This document shows positions 1 through 8,770 of a stretch of DNA of 64,000 bases, one piece after another. Position 1 is the stretch's first letter; every line of letters begins with the position of its first letter. Origin of the DNA: an uncultured archaeon (GTDB lineage: Archaea > Iainarchaeota > Iainarchaeia > Iainarchaeales > GCA-2688035); assembly GCA_964354805.1 (NCBI GenBank), contig CAYHBD010000030.1:18337-82336 (forward strand), in the 5' to 3' direction. The position numbers were made by a program, and so were the translations under genes. The notes beneath the pieces are model-generated. The model was not told where the DNA came from. It saw only the letters and a list, made by a program, of their open reading frames with translations, and ran no database searches.

Positions 1-1
1 G

Positions 2-409
2 CTGAAAAGCCTTTTTGTTCCCCAAAGCATTTCTTTTGCAGCACTGGCACTTTCGCTTTTCTTGCCAAAAAAAGCAGTTGCTTATGCCGTAAAAGCAATT
101 TTTTATGAGGTTGAATCAGTGAACCTTTTCCTGCAGAACAAAATACCGAAAAAAGGAAAGGCCTGCTTTTTTGCAAGGGCAACCGAATTCAGAGACCGGT
201 TATTGGATGATCTGCGGTTCTACATTGAACTGCGTTTTGGTTTGCTTGGCGAACAAAAGCTTGCTTTTGTAAAAAAGGCTGCCGCAGTTAAAAAGAACGG
301 CTTTCAGGGGGGCAGGGTTGCCGCACTGCGCTTTTGCTTTAATGCATTTTGGGTCATTTACAACTGCAATTCAAACATTATCCTGAAAACAATTTTTGCA
401 ATTGCCTGA
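2..409 (+). CDS. Possible 3' end of a hypothetical protein (frame open from window edge)
   Basis: Frame open from position 2 to TGA at 409; no recognisable motif. Confidence 0.3.
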   Translation: MKSLFVPQSISFAALALSLFLPKKAVAYAVKAIFYEVESVNLFLQNKIPKKGKACFFARATEFRDRLLDDLRFYIELRFGLLGEQKLAFVKKAAAVKKNGFQGGRVAALRFCFNAFWVIYNCNSNIILKTIFAIA

Positions 410-467
410 AAAACCCCTAACAAAATGTTTAAATATTAGAAACCCGTTCTTTTATCAGGTGATTTAA

Positions 468-980
468 TTGAACCAGAGCGGACAGGCTTATAGTGTCTTC
501 AAGTTGCTGATTGCCGCAATCATTGCAGTAGCAATCCTTTACATACTTATTTCAATAATCGGCGGAATCAATATTTTCGGCAGCGATGTTCAAACCGTTG
601 CAAAGCAAATCATTCAAAAGCAGGTTGACATGCCTGGCCAGCTGGACACAAGCACAGCAGCCGTTTTCAAAGCAGGAACAAACCTGGCGCCAAGCGCACT
701 GGTTGGAAACAGCGGCCTGACCCCAGACCAGATTTGCCTGTATAAGGGTGACCTGGTTGACAACCAAGCAGTGGAAGTTACAGGTAGCACACTAATGCAA
801 AACGGGACAACTGATTTAACAGTGAAAATAAGCGTCATGTGCCACAAGGCAAACGCTTTAGTGGATGCCCTTGAAGAAGTAGGATTGCCGATTGATTTTG
901 GCGACACAACCACCGGAACTTGTGGATGCAACCTTGATACGCCCCAGAAATGCTGCGTGGTAATGCTGAGATTTGCTTAA
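468..980 (+). CDS. Pilin-like protein with class III signal peptide
   Basis: GGTGA RBS + TTG; MNQSG|QAYSVFKLLIAAIIAVAIL hydrophobic helix; Cys-rich C-terminus. Confidence 0.8.
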   Translation: MNQSGQAYSVFKLLIAAIIAVAILYILISIIGGINIFGSDVQTVAKQIIQKQVDMPGQLDTSTAAVFKAGTNLAPSALVGNSGLTPDQICLYKGDLVDNQAVEVTGSTLMQNGTTDLTVKISVMCHKANALVDALEEVGLPIDFGDTTTGTCGCNLDTPQKCCVVMLRFA

Positions 981-1211
981 GCCCTTCTTTTTCTTTCTTT
1001 TTTTTCATTTTTGCTGTTATTGGCTTATCCAAGCTTGTAAGCCAATTAAATTTTCCTGCAATTTCTTAACTTTGAATACAAAACAATTAGTTTCAATTTA
1101 CATTCAAAAAAATCGCATTAATAATTTCAATTTTTCAATTAAATGCCATTTAAGCGAAAACCCGCCTATCCAAAAAAATTAAATATAGCTTTTACCACAA
1201 TTATTCTTATT

Positions 1212-1385
1212 ATGTTGGCAGTTGTTAAACGGGCGCTCGGCGAGAGGAGGGCTCAGAGTGAGTGGAGCAGCGTTTACATGCTGATTGTTTTAATTATCGC
1301 TGCCCTTCTTTTGATTGCGGTAATAAAGCCGATGTTCAAGCAAAGCCAGAGCATTGTGCAGAAAACACAGCCGAAAGCAAGTTAA
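1212..1385 (+). CDS. Very short (57 aa) Flp-like pilin with class III signal peptide
   Basis: ATG at 1212; ERRA|QSEWSSVYMLIVLIIAALLLIAVI. Confidence 0.7.
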   Translation: MLAVVKRALGERRAQSEWSSVYMLIVLIIAALLLIAVIKPMFKQSQSIVQKTQPKAS

Positions 1386-1502
1386 AGAGCCCGAGGAAAA
1401 GGAATCCTTGGGAAAAAAAATTAAAAGGTGCAACTAAAATGCCGAACACAACACTGGCAAAGAGTGCCCAGGACCCAAAATGAATAATAAAGGTGCAAAG
1501 AA

Positions 1503-2324
1503 ATGCTGAACAGAAAAGGCCTTGCGAAGCAATTTTCCCAAAGCTTTTTTTCCGAAGGAAAAAAAGGCTTAGCAAAGCAATTTTTCCCAGGGGTTTTTTG
1601 CACGCGAAGCAATTTTCCCATCTTGCAAAACCCAAGGTTTTGCGAGACCTCGCAAAAGCGAAGCTTTTGCAAGGAGGCTTTTTTTGCAACGGCAAAAAAA
1701 GGCTTAAGCGAAAAAGGCCGAGCTGAAAGCCGTTTTCCCTGGGATTTTTTTGCAACAGCAAAAAAAGGCCAGGAGAGCGCGCCATTTGAGCTGCTGGTTG
1801 CTGTAATAATAATGGGCTTTGTCATATTCATTGGAACAAGTGTAATGCAGCAGGTAAATTGCGAGAAATGCAAGGGCGAAACCAATGCAAAGCTGGATCG
1901 AATGGCAACCGCGTTACAGAATGCTGACGAATCAGGCAGTATTCAACCAAACGTAAGTTTTTTTTTAAGCGGCTGCTTCAACCAACAGGAAGAAAAAATC
2001 TGGATTGAGGACGAAGACGATCCCCAAGTGTGTGCTGCCTATCATTGCGGTGAGAAGCAGTTATGCACTTTGCTGAAATACTATGGTAATGGCTGCGGCG
2101 GGTTCAGCATCATAAAGTGCCTGGATATCACCCCTGACGCCGATTTTCCTTCCATATCAGGGGGCAGGTGCGAAGAAAGAGATGGAATGCAATTAGTGGA
2201 TTTCGAGAAAAGGGAGGAGCCGATAGCAACAGGGGGCAACAAGCAGGGCAACTATTTGCTGTGGAACAAGACAGGGCAGGGCGACACTTTTTCAACAATC
2301 TGCGCTTACAGGAAAGAGGGTTGA
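1503..2324 (+). CDS. Cys-rich pilin-like protein; signal peptide carries an 83-codon repeat insertion
   Basis: MLNRKG...KKG|QESAPFELLVAVIIMGFVIF; AGGTG RBS. Confidence 0.85.
   Translation: MLNRKGLAKQFSQSFFSEGKKGLAKQFFPGVFCTRSNFPILQNPRFCETSQKRSFCKEAFFATAKKGLSEKGRAESRFPWDFFATAKKGQESAPFELLVAVIIMGFVIFIGTSVMQQVNCEKCKGETNAKLDRMATALQNADESGSIQPNVSFFLSGCFNQQEEKIWIEDEDDPQVCAAYHCGEKQLCTLLKYYGNGCGGFSIIKCLDITPDADFPSISGGRCEERDGMQLVDFEKREEPIATGGNKQGNYLLWNKTGQGDTFSTICAYRKEG
1514..1770 (+). repeat. Composite in-frame palindromic (REP-like) insertion, 249 bp net
   Basis: Bounded by AAAAGGCC at 1514-1521 and 1763-1770; several GCGAAGC/CCGAAGG hairpins and TTTTCCCA..AGGCTTTTT..AAAAAGGC modules. Confidence 0.9.
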
Positions 2325-2331
2325 TTCAACC

Positions 2332-2994
2332 ATGCTTGGATTCACTTTAAGCAAACTGAATCTGCTGATTTTGGTGACAGCCTTGTTTGGGATAATTGCA
2401 TTCTTTTTATTTACGCTAACAGACATGATGGTTGCCAGGTCGGCACAGCAAATGGTCAATGACCTTGTTGAAAGAACCAGCGGCATTATGACACCGAGCG
2501 TTGACTGCTTTGAGGAAACGGTTACAATACCAGAGGAAATAACCTACTTCAGCGGAAAACGCTTCTATTACGTAATGAAGATATCAAGGGAGCCGGCTGA
2601 ATACAACTCGGAATATCTAAGCAAATTGATTTTCAAGGTTGCGGCAAGAAAAGAGCAAACCAAATTCATTGCAACAAATAGCTATGACATGAATGCAGAA
2701 ATCATGCTTTACCAATGGCCTGTTGCAGAAATTAGAACTAACCTAAAAGAGCAAAGCAGCATTATACTTGATCCAATGAACGAAACTACTGCAAGCAATT
2801 CAGTTAAGTTAATAAAAGAGGTTTATAATAGAAAAAATTTCCTGCACGTAATTGCCTGCAATACCGACCAAGGGCAGTGTGAAATGAATGAGGGTTATGC
2901 AGGCTGCTGCGTAAAAAAATGGAGGGGCGTTGAATCAAGCTGCCTGCCGCCTGCAGAGAATTGCGAAAACTTGAGCTGCGATACAAGGGGGTAA
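2332..2994 (+). CDS. Pilin-like/N-terminally anchored Cys-rich protein
   Basis: N-terminal TM helix, amphipathic helix, Cys-rich tail; in pilin cluster. Confidence 0.75.
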   Translation: MLGFTLSKLNLLILVTALFGIIAFFLFTLTDMMVARSAQQMVNDLVERTSGIMTPSVDCFEETVTIPEEITYFSGKRFYYVMKISREPAEYNSEYLSKLIFKVAARKEQTKFIATNSYDMNAEIMLYQWPVAEIRTNLKEQSSIILDPMNETTASNSVKLIKEVYNRKNFLHVIACNTDQGQCEMNEGYAGCCVKKWRGVESSCLPPAENCENLSCDTRG

Positions 2995-2999
2995 AAAAA

Positions 3000-3500
3000 A
3001 TGAAAAACGGGGGTTTTTTGGGTCCAATTGGGGATGATTTGCCGAGCCTGATTCCGCTGCTTTTTGCTTTAATGCTTTTTTTTTATGCTTTTACATCTGC
3101 TTGGAATAATTTTGACAGGAGGAATGAGGATTTTGCCGATGACCTGGCAGTGCTCAGGGCAAGCAATGCATTGAGGGGAAACAATTATATTGCGGGAATT
3201 GAAAAATTCAATGAAAACTGCGAGACAGCGAAAGGAACCCAGAGAATGCACTTTTTGGCCGGATTGCTGCCCTTGCCTACAGGGAAAGATGAGCAATTTG
3301 TTGGAATTGATACTGAAAAAATAGTCAGCGGCGATCAAAGCTTTTTTGAAGACTTTCAATGCAGCAGCACTGAGGAAATACCCGTGCTGGAAAGCGAAAA
3401 AAGCGTTGTTAGGTTCTTTCCTGTTGCCTTGGAAACAAAAGAGGAAAACGACAAGTTTTATGTAAAGCCGATGTTGCTGGTGGTCATTGCATGGAAATAA
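3000..3500 (+). CDS. Pilin-like protein
   Basis: MKNGG|FLGPIGDDLPSLIPLLFALMLFF; GGGGT RBS; C-terminal LLVVIAW strand. Confidence 0.75.
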   Translation: MKNGGFLGPIGDDLPSLIPLLFALMLFFYAFTSAWNNFDRRNEDFADDLAVLRASNALRGNNYIAGIEKFNENCETAKGTQRMHFLAGLLPLPTGKDEQFVGIDTEKIVSGDQSFFEDFQCSSTEEIPVLESEKSVVRFFPVALETKEENDKFYVKPMLLVVIAWK

Positions 3501-4312
3501 AGCTTGGCGAAAAAGGTCCTGTTTTGCGAAGCCTATTTTCCCCAGGCTTTTGCAACAGCAAAAGGCTGTTGCGAAGCAAAACCCATTTCCCTGGGATTTT
3601 TTGCACGCGAAGCAATTTTCCCAAGGCTTTTTCACGAAGTGAAAAAGGCTTAAGCGAAAAAGGCCAGTCCAGTTTGACTGATTCCATGTTTTTCCTGGTA
3701 ATAGCCAGCATTTTGAGCACTTGGCTTTTCTATTCAAGCGCAACCTACGGCCTGACAATAGACCAGCAAATTTCAAGGCAGGGCAGGGAGGAATACACCA
3801 AGTCTGCGCTTGAAACAATTTTGTACAGCAGCGCGCCGAGGCAGGCAGGCCTTTCTTTGGAAGAAGCATCAGAGATTGACTACCTGCTTGCGGCAATAAA
3901 AGAGGACTACGCTGATGACACTGAACTGGATGAAACAAAAGCAATTCTTTTCCAGAACATAAATGCCGTAATGCAGCCGCTTGCAACAAACAGCAACTAC
4001 CTTTTCTACATATATATTGCTCAAAAAAATAAATTTGTTGTCACTTTTTTGTACGCAAGCGAAGCAAAAAACGATGACGGCTGGAGCTTAACCGGCAACA
4101 AAATTGTTTTTTCCTGCGTGCCGCCAAGCAAGCAGGCAGTGGAAGAATTCCTGCTTACGGTTGGCAGGATGTCTGTCAGCAACAGCAGAATTCAGCTGCT
4201 TGAATCAAAAGAGCCGGCTCCTGACAGATACGATGCCCTAATCACTTTAATCACTTGGATTCCAACGCCAGTTGATGAAAGCGACCTAAACTGCACTAAA
4301 TTCACTGGCTGA
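3491..4312 (+). CDS. Pilin-like protein; signal peptide carries a 49-codon repeat insertion
   Basis: MEIKLGEKG...SEKG|QSSLTDSMFFLVIASIL. Confidence 0.85.
   Translation: MEIKLGEKGPVLRSLFSPGFCNSKRLLRSKTHFPGIFCTRSNFPKAFSRSEKGLSEKGQSSLTDSMFFLVIASILSTWLFYSSATYGLTIDQQISRQGREEYTKSALETILYSSAPRQAGLSLEEASEIDYLLAAIKEDYADDTELDETKAILFQNINAVMQPLATNSNYLFYIYIAQKNKFVVTFLYASEAKNDDGWSLTGNKIVFSCVPPSKQAVEEFLLTVGRMSVSNSRIQLLESKEPAPDRYDALITLITWIPTPVDESDLNCTKFTG
3507..3663 (+). repeat. In-frame palindromic (REP-like) insertion, 147 bp net
   Basis: Bounded by GCGAAAAAGG at 3507-3516 and 3654-3663; shares TTTTTTGCACGCGAAGCAATTTTCCCA and AAAAAGGCTTAAGCGAAAAAGGCC with 1514-1770. Confidence 0.9.
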
Positions 4313-5009
4313 ATTTTTTCCCGCAATCAGGACAGACTACTGTTTCAATGCTGCCAATCCTTTCAACCTTCTTCGCGCAAGAATAACAAAAAGCTGTTCC
4401 GCACTCAGGGCAGAAAACCACTTTGCTTGCAGGCTTTGCGCATTTCGGGCACTGCTGTTCCGCTTCACCAAGATCGCCCAAACTGAATTCTTCACCTTCT
4501 TCCTTCTGCACTACACTCTGCGCTCCCTTCTTTTCCTCTGCAAAAATATCCTCAACACTCAAAGAAGCGAGTTCTTTAGCTTTATCACCCTGCGATTGCC
4601 CGGCAATTTGCTTATCCGCTTCTTCAAATTCAGACCATTCCTTTTCATCGCCCTCCGCTGTCTCCTTTTTCCCTTCCACGGATTCCCTGCCTCTTCTCCT
4701 TTCAATCTGTTTGCTGGCCTGCTCCCTTACATCTTTGTCCTTTAATTGCTGGAAAATGTTTTCTGCAATCTGGTCGTACTCGGCTTTTTCAGGGTATCTT
4801 TTGTGCTCTTCCCTGAATTTCCTCACTTCCTGCAAAGTCAAATGCATTGTCACATCCTTATCAGCCGCCTGTTTAGGCTGATCTTTTGGCATCTGTTCAA
4901 ACAAATAGTCGGCAACGCCGCCAACTTCCTTTTCGGCTGCCAAACCACCCTTTTGTTCAGCACCCTGCCTGTAAAAGCGCTTCATCCTTCTCGGAATTTC
5001 CTCAGCCAT
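4302..5009 (-). CDS. Hypothetical charged protein with C-terminal multi-CxxC zinc finger
   Basis: Start MAEEIPRR; CPKC, CPEC, CYSC, CPDC motifs. Confidence 0.7.
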   Translation of the reverse strand: MAEEIPRRMKRFYRQGAEQKGGLAAEKEVGGVADYLFEQMPKDQPKQAADKDVTMHLTLQEVRKFREEHKRYPEKAEYDQIAENIFQQLKDKDVREQASKQIERRRGRESVEGKKETAEGDEKEWSEFEEADKQIAGQSQGDKAKELASLSVEDIFAEEKKGAQSVVQKEEGEEFSLGDLGEAEQQCPKCAKPASKVVFCPECGTAFCYSCAKKVERIGSIETVVCPDCGKKFSQ

Positions 5010-5073
5010 AAAAAAACAACCTGCTTTGCTAAAATTCTTTTCCAACCCAAAAAATGCTTCTTTTTTTCCCGAT

Positions 5074-6561
5074 TTAAAATTTTTCCTTTCCCGCCTCAAG
5101 TTTCCATAACAGTAATGGCAATTCCCCTATTTTAACCCTCTTCTGTTGCATTGAATCGCGCTCCCTGAGCGTAACAGCATCATCTTTCATTGAATCATAA
5201 TCAACCGTAACAGCGAACGGAACGCCAACCTCGTCAACCCTTGCATACCTTTTTCCAATGCTTCCTTTCTCATCAAAGAAAACATCCAAGCTGAAAGAAT
5301 TCAGTTCATTAAAAATTTGCTTTGCTTTCGCATCCAATCCATCTTTGCTCACCAATGGAAAAACAGCGCAAAGATGAGGCGCAATGGCAGGGGGCAGCCT
5401 AAGGTAAATCCTTTCTTCAGGGCCTCTTTTCTCTTTCCTGAAAGCATTGTCCAAAACAACGTAAAAAGCCCTGTCAATTCCAGCCGACAGCTCAAAAACA
5501 TGCGGGATGAATTCTTTGCCGTCCTCTTTTACCGCCAGTTTCTGCTTGCTCTGCTTTTGGTGCCCTGCCAAATCAAAATCAGTCCTGTAATTGCATGCAA
5601 CCAGCTCAATCCAGCCCAAGTCTGTTTCCACTTCAAAATCCCATGTTTCCCTTGCATAAAAGGCCCTTTCATCCTTGCCAAGCTGCCTGAAACGCATTTT
5701 TCCAACAGCAATCCCAAAAGCCTCGTACAACTGCTGCAGCCTGGTCAAATAGTACGCAACCAGCTTGCCTGAAACAATTTTTTTTCCAACAGCATCCTTG
5801 CAGGAAACAGCATTAACCTTTTCCTTTCCAAACAAAAGCAAATTCAATTTATAGTTCTCCACTTCCTTAAAATTTTCCACTTCATTTATCTTTTCAGGGT
5901 TAAAGAACACTTCAATCTCCATTTGCCCTATTTCCCTCTCCCTGAGCAAAGTGTTTCTCGGGGCAATCTCGTTCCGAAAGCTGGCGCCTGCCTGCGCAAT
6001 CGCCAAGGGCAGAGTCTGCCTAGCTGTTTTGTACAGCCTTTGGAAATCGCAAAAAATGCTCTGGCAGGTTTCAGGCCTAAGGTAAGCAGCCTGCTTTCCT
6101 GTTGCGCCTATGTCCACTTTCATCATCATGTTGAATTTTTTCACTTCACTAAAATCCTTGCCCCCGCACTTCGGGCACTTTACAGCGTGCTTTTCAATCA
6201 GCTTGTCCAGTTCGCTTGTTGCAAGGCTTTCCGGAACAATTCCCTCAACTTTTTCCGCAATCAGCTTGTCAGCCCTGTGCAGTGAATTGCATTTCCTGCA
6301 CTGCACAATTGGATCGTTAAAGTTTTCAATGTGCCCGCTTGCTTTGAACACTTCTTCAGGCAGAATCTGCGAACCGAATATTTCAACCATTCCTTCCTTT
6401 TCAACCAGCTGCTTTCTCCACAAATCAATAATTTTTCTCCTGATTGTTTCCCCTTCCAAAGCGAAATCAAAAAAGCCTGAGGCAGCGCTGCTGTATATTT
6501 CGGCAGCCGGGAAAAACAAGCCCCTCCGCAGAGCCAGATTAACCAATTCATCCTTTGGCAT
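5074..6561 (-). CDS. glyS: Glycine--tRNA ligase (alpha2 type)
   Basis: LRPETCQ, FRNEIAPR, GWIELV, SIGKRYARVDEVG motifs. Confidence 0.97.
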   Translation of the reverse strand: MPKDELVNLALRRGLFFPAAEIYSSAASGFFDFALEGETIRRKIIDLWRKQLVEKEGMVEIFGSQILPEEVFKASGHIENFNDPIVQCRKCNSLHRADKLIAEKVEGIVPESLATSELDKLIEKHAVKCPKCGGKDFSEVKKFNMMMKVDIGATGKQAAYLRPETCQSIFCDFQRLYKTARQTLPLAIAQAGASFRNEIAPRNTLLREREIGQMEIEVFFNPEKINEVENFKEVENYKLNLLLFGKEKVNAVSCKDAVGKKIVSGKLVAYYLTRLQQLYEAFGIAVGKMRFRQLGKDERAFYARETWDFEVETDLGWIELVACNYRTDFDLAGHQKQSKQKLAVKEDGKEFIPHVFELSAGIDRAFYVVLDNAFRKEKRGPEERIYLRLPPAIAPHLCAVFPLVSKDGLDAKAKQIFNELNSFSLDVFFDEKGSIGKRYARVDEVGVPFAVTVDYDSMKDDAVTLRERDSMQQKRVKIGELPLLLWKLEAGKEKF

Positions 6562-6683
6562 AATTAACTAAAATAATGGATTAAGTGTTTTAATAAATTG
6601 CTGTTTTTGCCATTAAGGCTGATTTTCGCAATTTCCGCTTCTTGATTAATCTTTTAAATTATTGATTGTCTAATGTTATAACT

Positions 6684-7490
6684 ATGCAGGACAGATTGCA
6701 GCAATTGAGGCAAAAGCTTATTCAAAAAGCCAAAAAGCAGGTTCAAATCAAGTATGCTGAAAGCGATGTGCACATAATCAGGGCAGTAAGCGCTTTGCAG
6801 GATTTGGATGCTTCTTTCAACCTGCTTGCGGAGAACTGCATTGAGTGGTACGGCGCACATTTCCCAGAATTGCAGCAGCAGCTGCGCAACAACGAATTGT
6901 GCCTGCAGCTGATTTGCTCACTCGGAGAGAGAAAAAATTTCAGCGAAAAAAAGCTTGTGGAAATAGTCAAGGAAAAGGAAAAGGTCAACGGCATTATGGC
7001 TGCCGCGGGAAAAAGCATGGGCAGCGATGTAAAACCTGATGTTTTGAGCGCATTGAAAGAGCTTGCAGAAAACTCATTGAACCTGAAAAAAGAAAGGGTG
7101 GCATTGGAGAAAATGATTGAAAAAGAAATGAGCGCATATGCCCCGAACACTGCCCTGCTTGCTGGGCCTGTTCTTGCTGCAAGGCTGCTTGCGGCAGCAG
7201 GCGGACTGCGGCAGCTTGCATTAATGCCTGCAAGCACGATTCAACTGCTTGGGGCGGAGAAGGCATTGTTCCTGCATTTGAGGAACCCGAAAATCAAGGG
7301 CCCGAAGTACGGTTTCCTGTACCAGCACGCTCTGGTGAGGAGTGTACAGCCAAAGCACAAGGGAAAGGTTGCGAGAAGCGTTGCAGCAAAGCTTGCGATT
7401 TCAGCAAAAGTTGATTTTTTTGGCTCAAAGGAAAAAATCGCCGAAAAAATGCTGCTTGAACTGAAAGAGAAAATAAAAAAATTGCATTAG
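6684..7490 (+). CDS. nop5: C/D box sRNP protein Nop5 (short form)
   Basis: EWYGAHFPEL, APN, PASTIQLLGAEKALF, PKYG; precedes fibrillarin. Confidence 0.92.
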   Translation: MQDRLQQLRQKLIQKAKKQVQIKYAESDVHIIRAVSALQDLDASFNLLAENCIEWYGAHFPELQQQLRNNELCLQLICSLGERKNFSEKKLVEIVKEKEKVNGIMAAAGKSMGSDVKPDVLSALKELAENSLNLKKERVALEKMIEKEMSAYAPNTALLAGPVLAARLLAAAGGLRQLALMPASTIQLLGAEKALFLHLRNPKIKGPKYGFLYQHALVRSVQPKHKGKVARSVAAKLAISAKVDFFGSKEKIAEKMLLELKEKIKKLH

Positions 7491-7497
7491 GTGGATC

Positions 7498-8163
7498 TTG
7501 TTGCAGGAATTGTTTCCGGGTGTTTTCAGTGACGCAACAAGATTGTTTACTGCAAACGCAGTGCCAGGCACCAGGGTTTACGGCGAGCGTTTGGTGAAAG
7601 AAAGTGGGGTTGAATTCAGGCAGTGGGATGCTTTCAGGAGCAAGCTTGCTGCTGCAATAAAAAACGGATTGAGTGAAATGCCGGTAAAGCCAGACAGCAA
7701 TGTCCTTTACCTTGGCGCTGCTGAGGGAACAACAGTAAGCCATGTTGCTGACATTATTGGGGAGAAAGGCATTGCCTTTGGAGTTGATGTAAGCGAAAGG
7801 GTAATGAGAAAGTTCATTTTGATTTGCGAGCAGCGCAAGAACATTGTCCCGATTTTGGCTGATGCCGGCAATCCAAAAACATATGAGGAATACATTGAAG
7901 GAAAAAAAATCGATGTATTGTACCAGGATGTGAGCCAGAAAAACCAGGCTGAGATTTTCCTGAAAAACAGCGGGTGCTTTCTGCGCAAGGGAGCGCATGG
8001 CCTGCTTGCAATAAAGGCAAAAAGCATCAGCCAGCAAAAGCCTGTGAACGAAGTGTTTGAAAATGAAATAAGCAAATTAAAAGAGCAATTCAATATAAAG
8101 CAGGTAATCAACCTCAAGCCATTTGAAAAAGACCATGTGATGGTGCTATGCGAAAAGAAATAA
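7498..8163 (+). CDS. flpA: Fibrillarin-like 2'-O-methyltransferase
   Basis: VYGE, RSKLAAAI, VLYLGAAEGTTVSHVADI, YQDVSQKNQA. Confidence 0.96.
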   Translation: MLQELFPGVFSDATRLFTANAVPGTRVYGERLVKESGVEFRQWDAFRSKLAAAIKNGLSEMPVKPDSNVLYLGAAEGTTVSHVADIIGEKGIAFGVDVSERVMRKFILICEQRKNIVPILADAGNPKTYEEYIEGKKIDVLYQDVSQKNQAEIFLKNSGCFLRKGAHGLLAIKAKSISQQKPVNEVFENEISKLKEQFNIKQVINLKPFEKDHVMVLCEKK

Positions 8164-8708
8164 GGCGGCAGTTCATTCACTTCTTCTTCGGCTCAATCTT
8201 CATTATATTGATTTTAATATTCGGGGTGCAGCAAACACTGCTTTTTTTGAGCGCCGTTTTCCTAATAGGGCTGCTTTTCTCTTTCCTTCTCAAAAAAGGA
8301 ATAAATGTCCCGTTGATCTGGCACGTTGTTAAAAAGGTTGAAAGGGACTACGAACAGCACCTGCCTGGCAAGGGAGCACTGCTGCTTGTTTTAAGCGCAA
8401 TAATTGTAATGGCGTTATTCTTGCAAAACGAAAAAATTGTGCTTGGCGCACTGTGCGCTGTTGTTTACGGGGACAGCACCTCAACAGTGATTGGCATTGC
8501 AATAGGAAAGCACAAAATCCTTGGAAAAAGAACCTGGGAGGGAACGCTTGGCGGAATGCTGTTTGCATTCATCTTCCTGCAGCTGCTTTTCCCACTGCAC
8601 ATTGCCCTCATTACAGCAGCCGTTGGAATGGCAGCAGAGCTGCTGCCGTTTGACGACAACTTCACAATTCCCATTGCGGCTGGTGTGGTGCTGGCGATTT
8701 TAATTTGA
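8148..8708 (+). CDS. Polyprenol/dolichol kinase-like (CTP-transferase family) membrane protein
   Basis: RQFIHFFFG, GDSTSTVIG, KRTWEG, DDNFTIP. Confidence 0.85.
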   Translation: MRKEIRRQFIHFFFGSIFIILILIFGVQQTLLFLSAVFLIGLLFSFLLKKGINVPLIWHVVKKVERDYEQHLPGKGALLLVLSAIIVMALFLQNEKIVLGALCAVVYGDSTSTVIGIAIGKHKILGKRTWEGTLGGMLFAFIFLQLLFPLHIALITAAVGMAAELLPFDDNFTIPIAAGVVLAILI

Positions 8709-8770
8709 TGCTTCCTATAGCCCTGCAGCAATTTATTATAAATTTTCCCTCACCCCATATTATTATCCAT

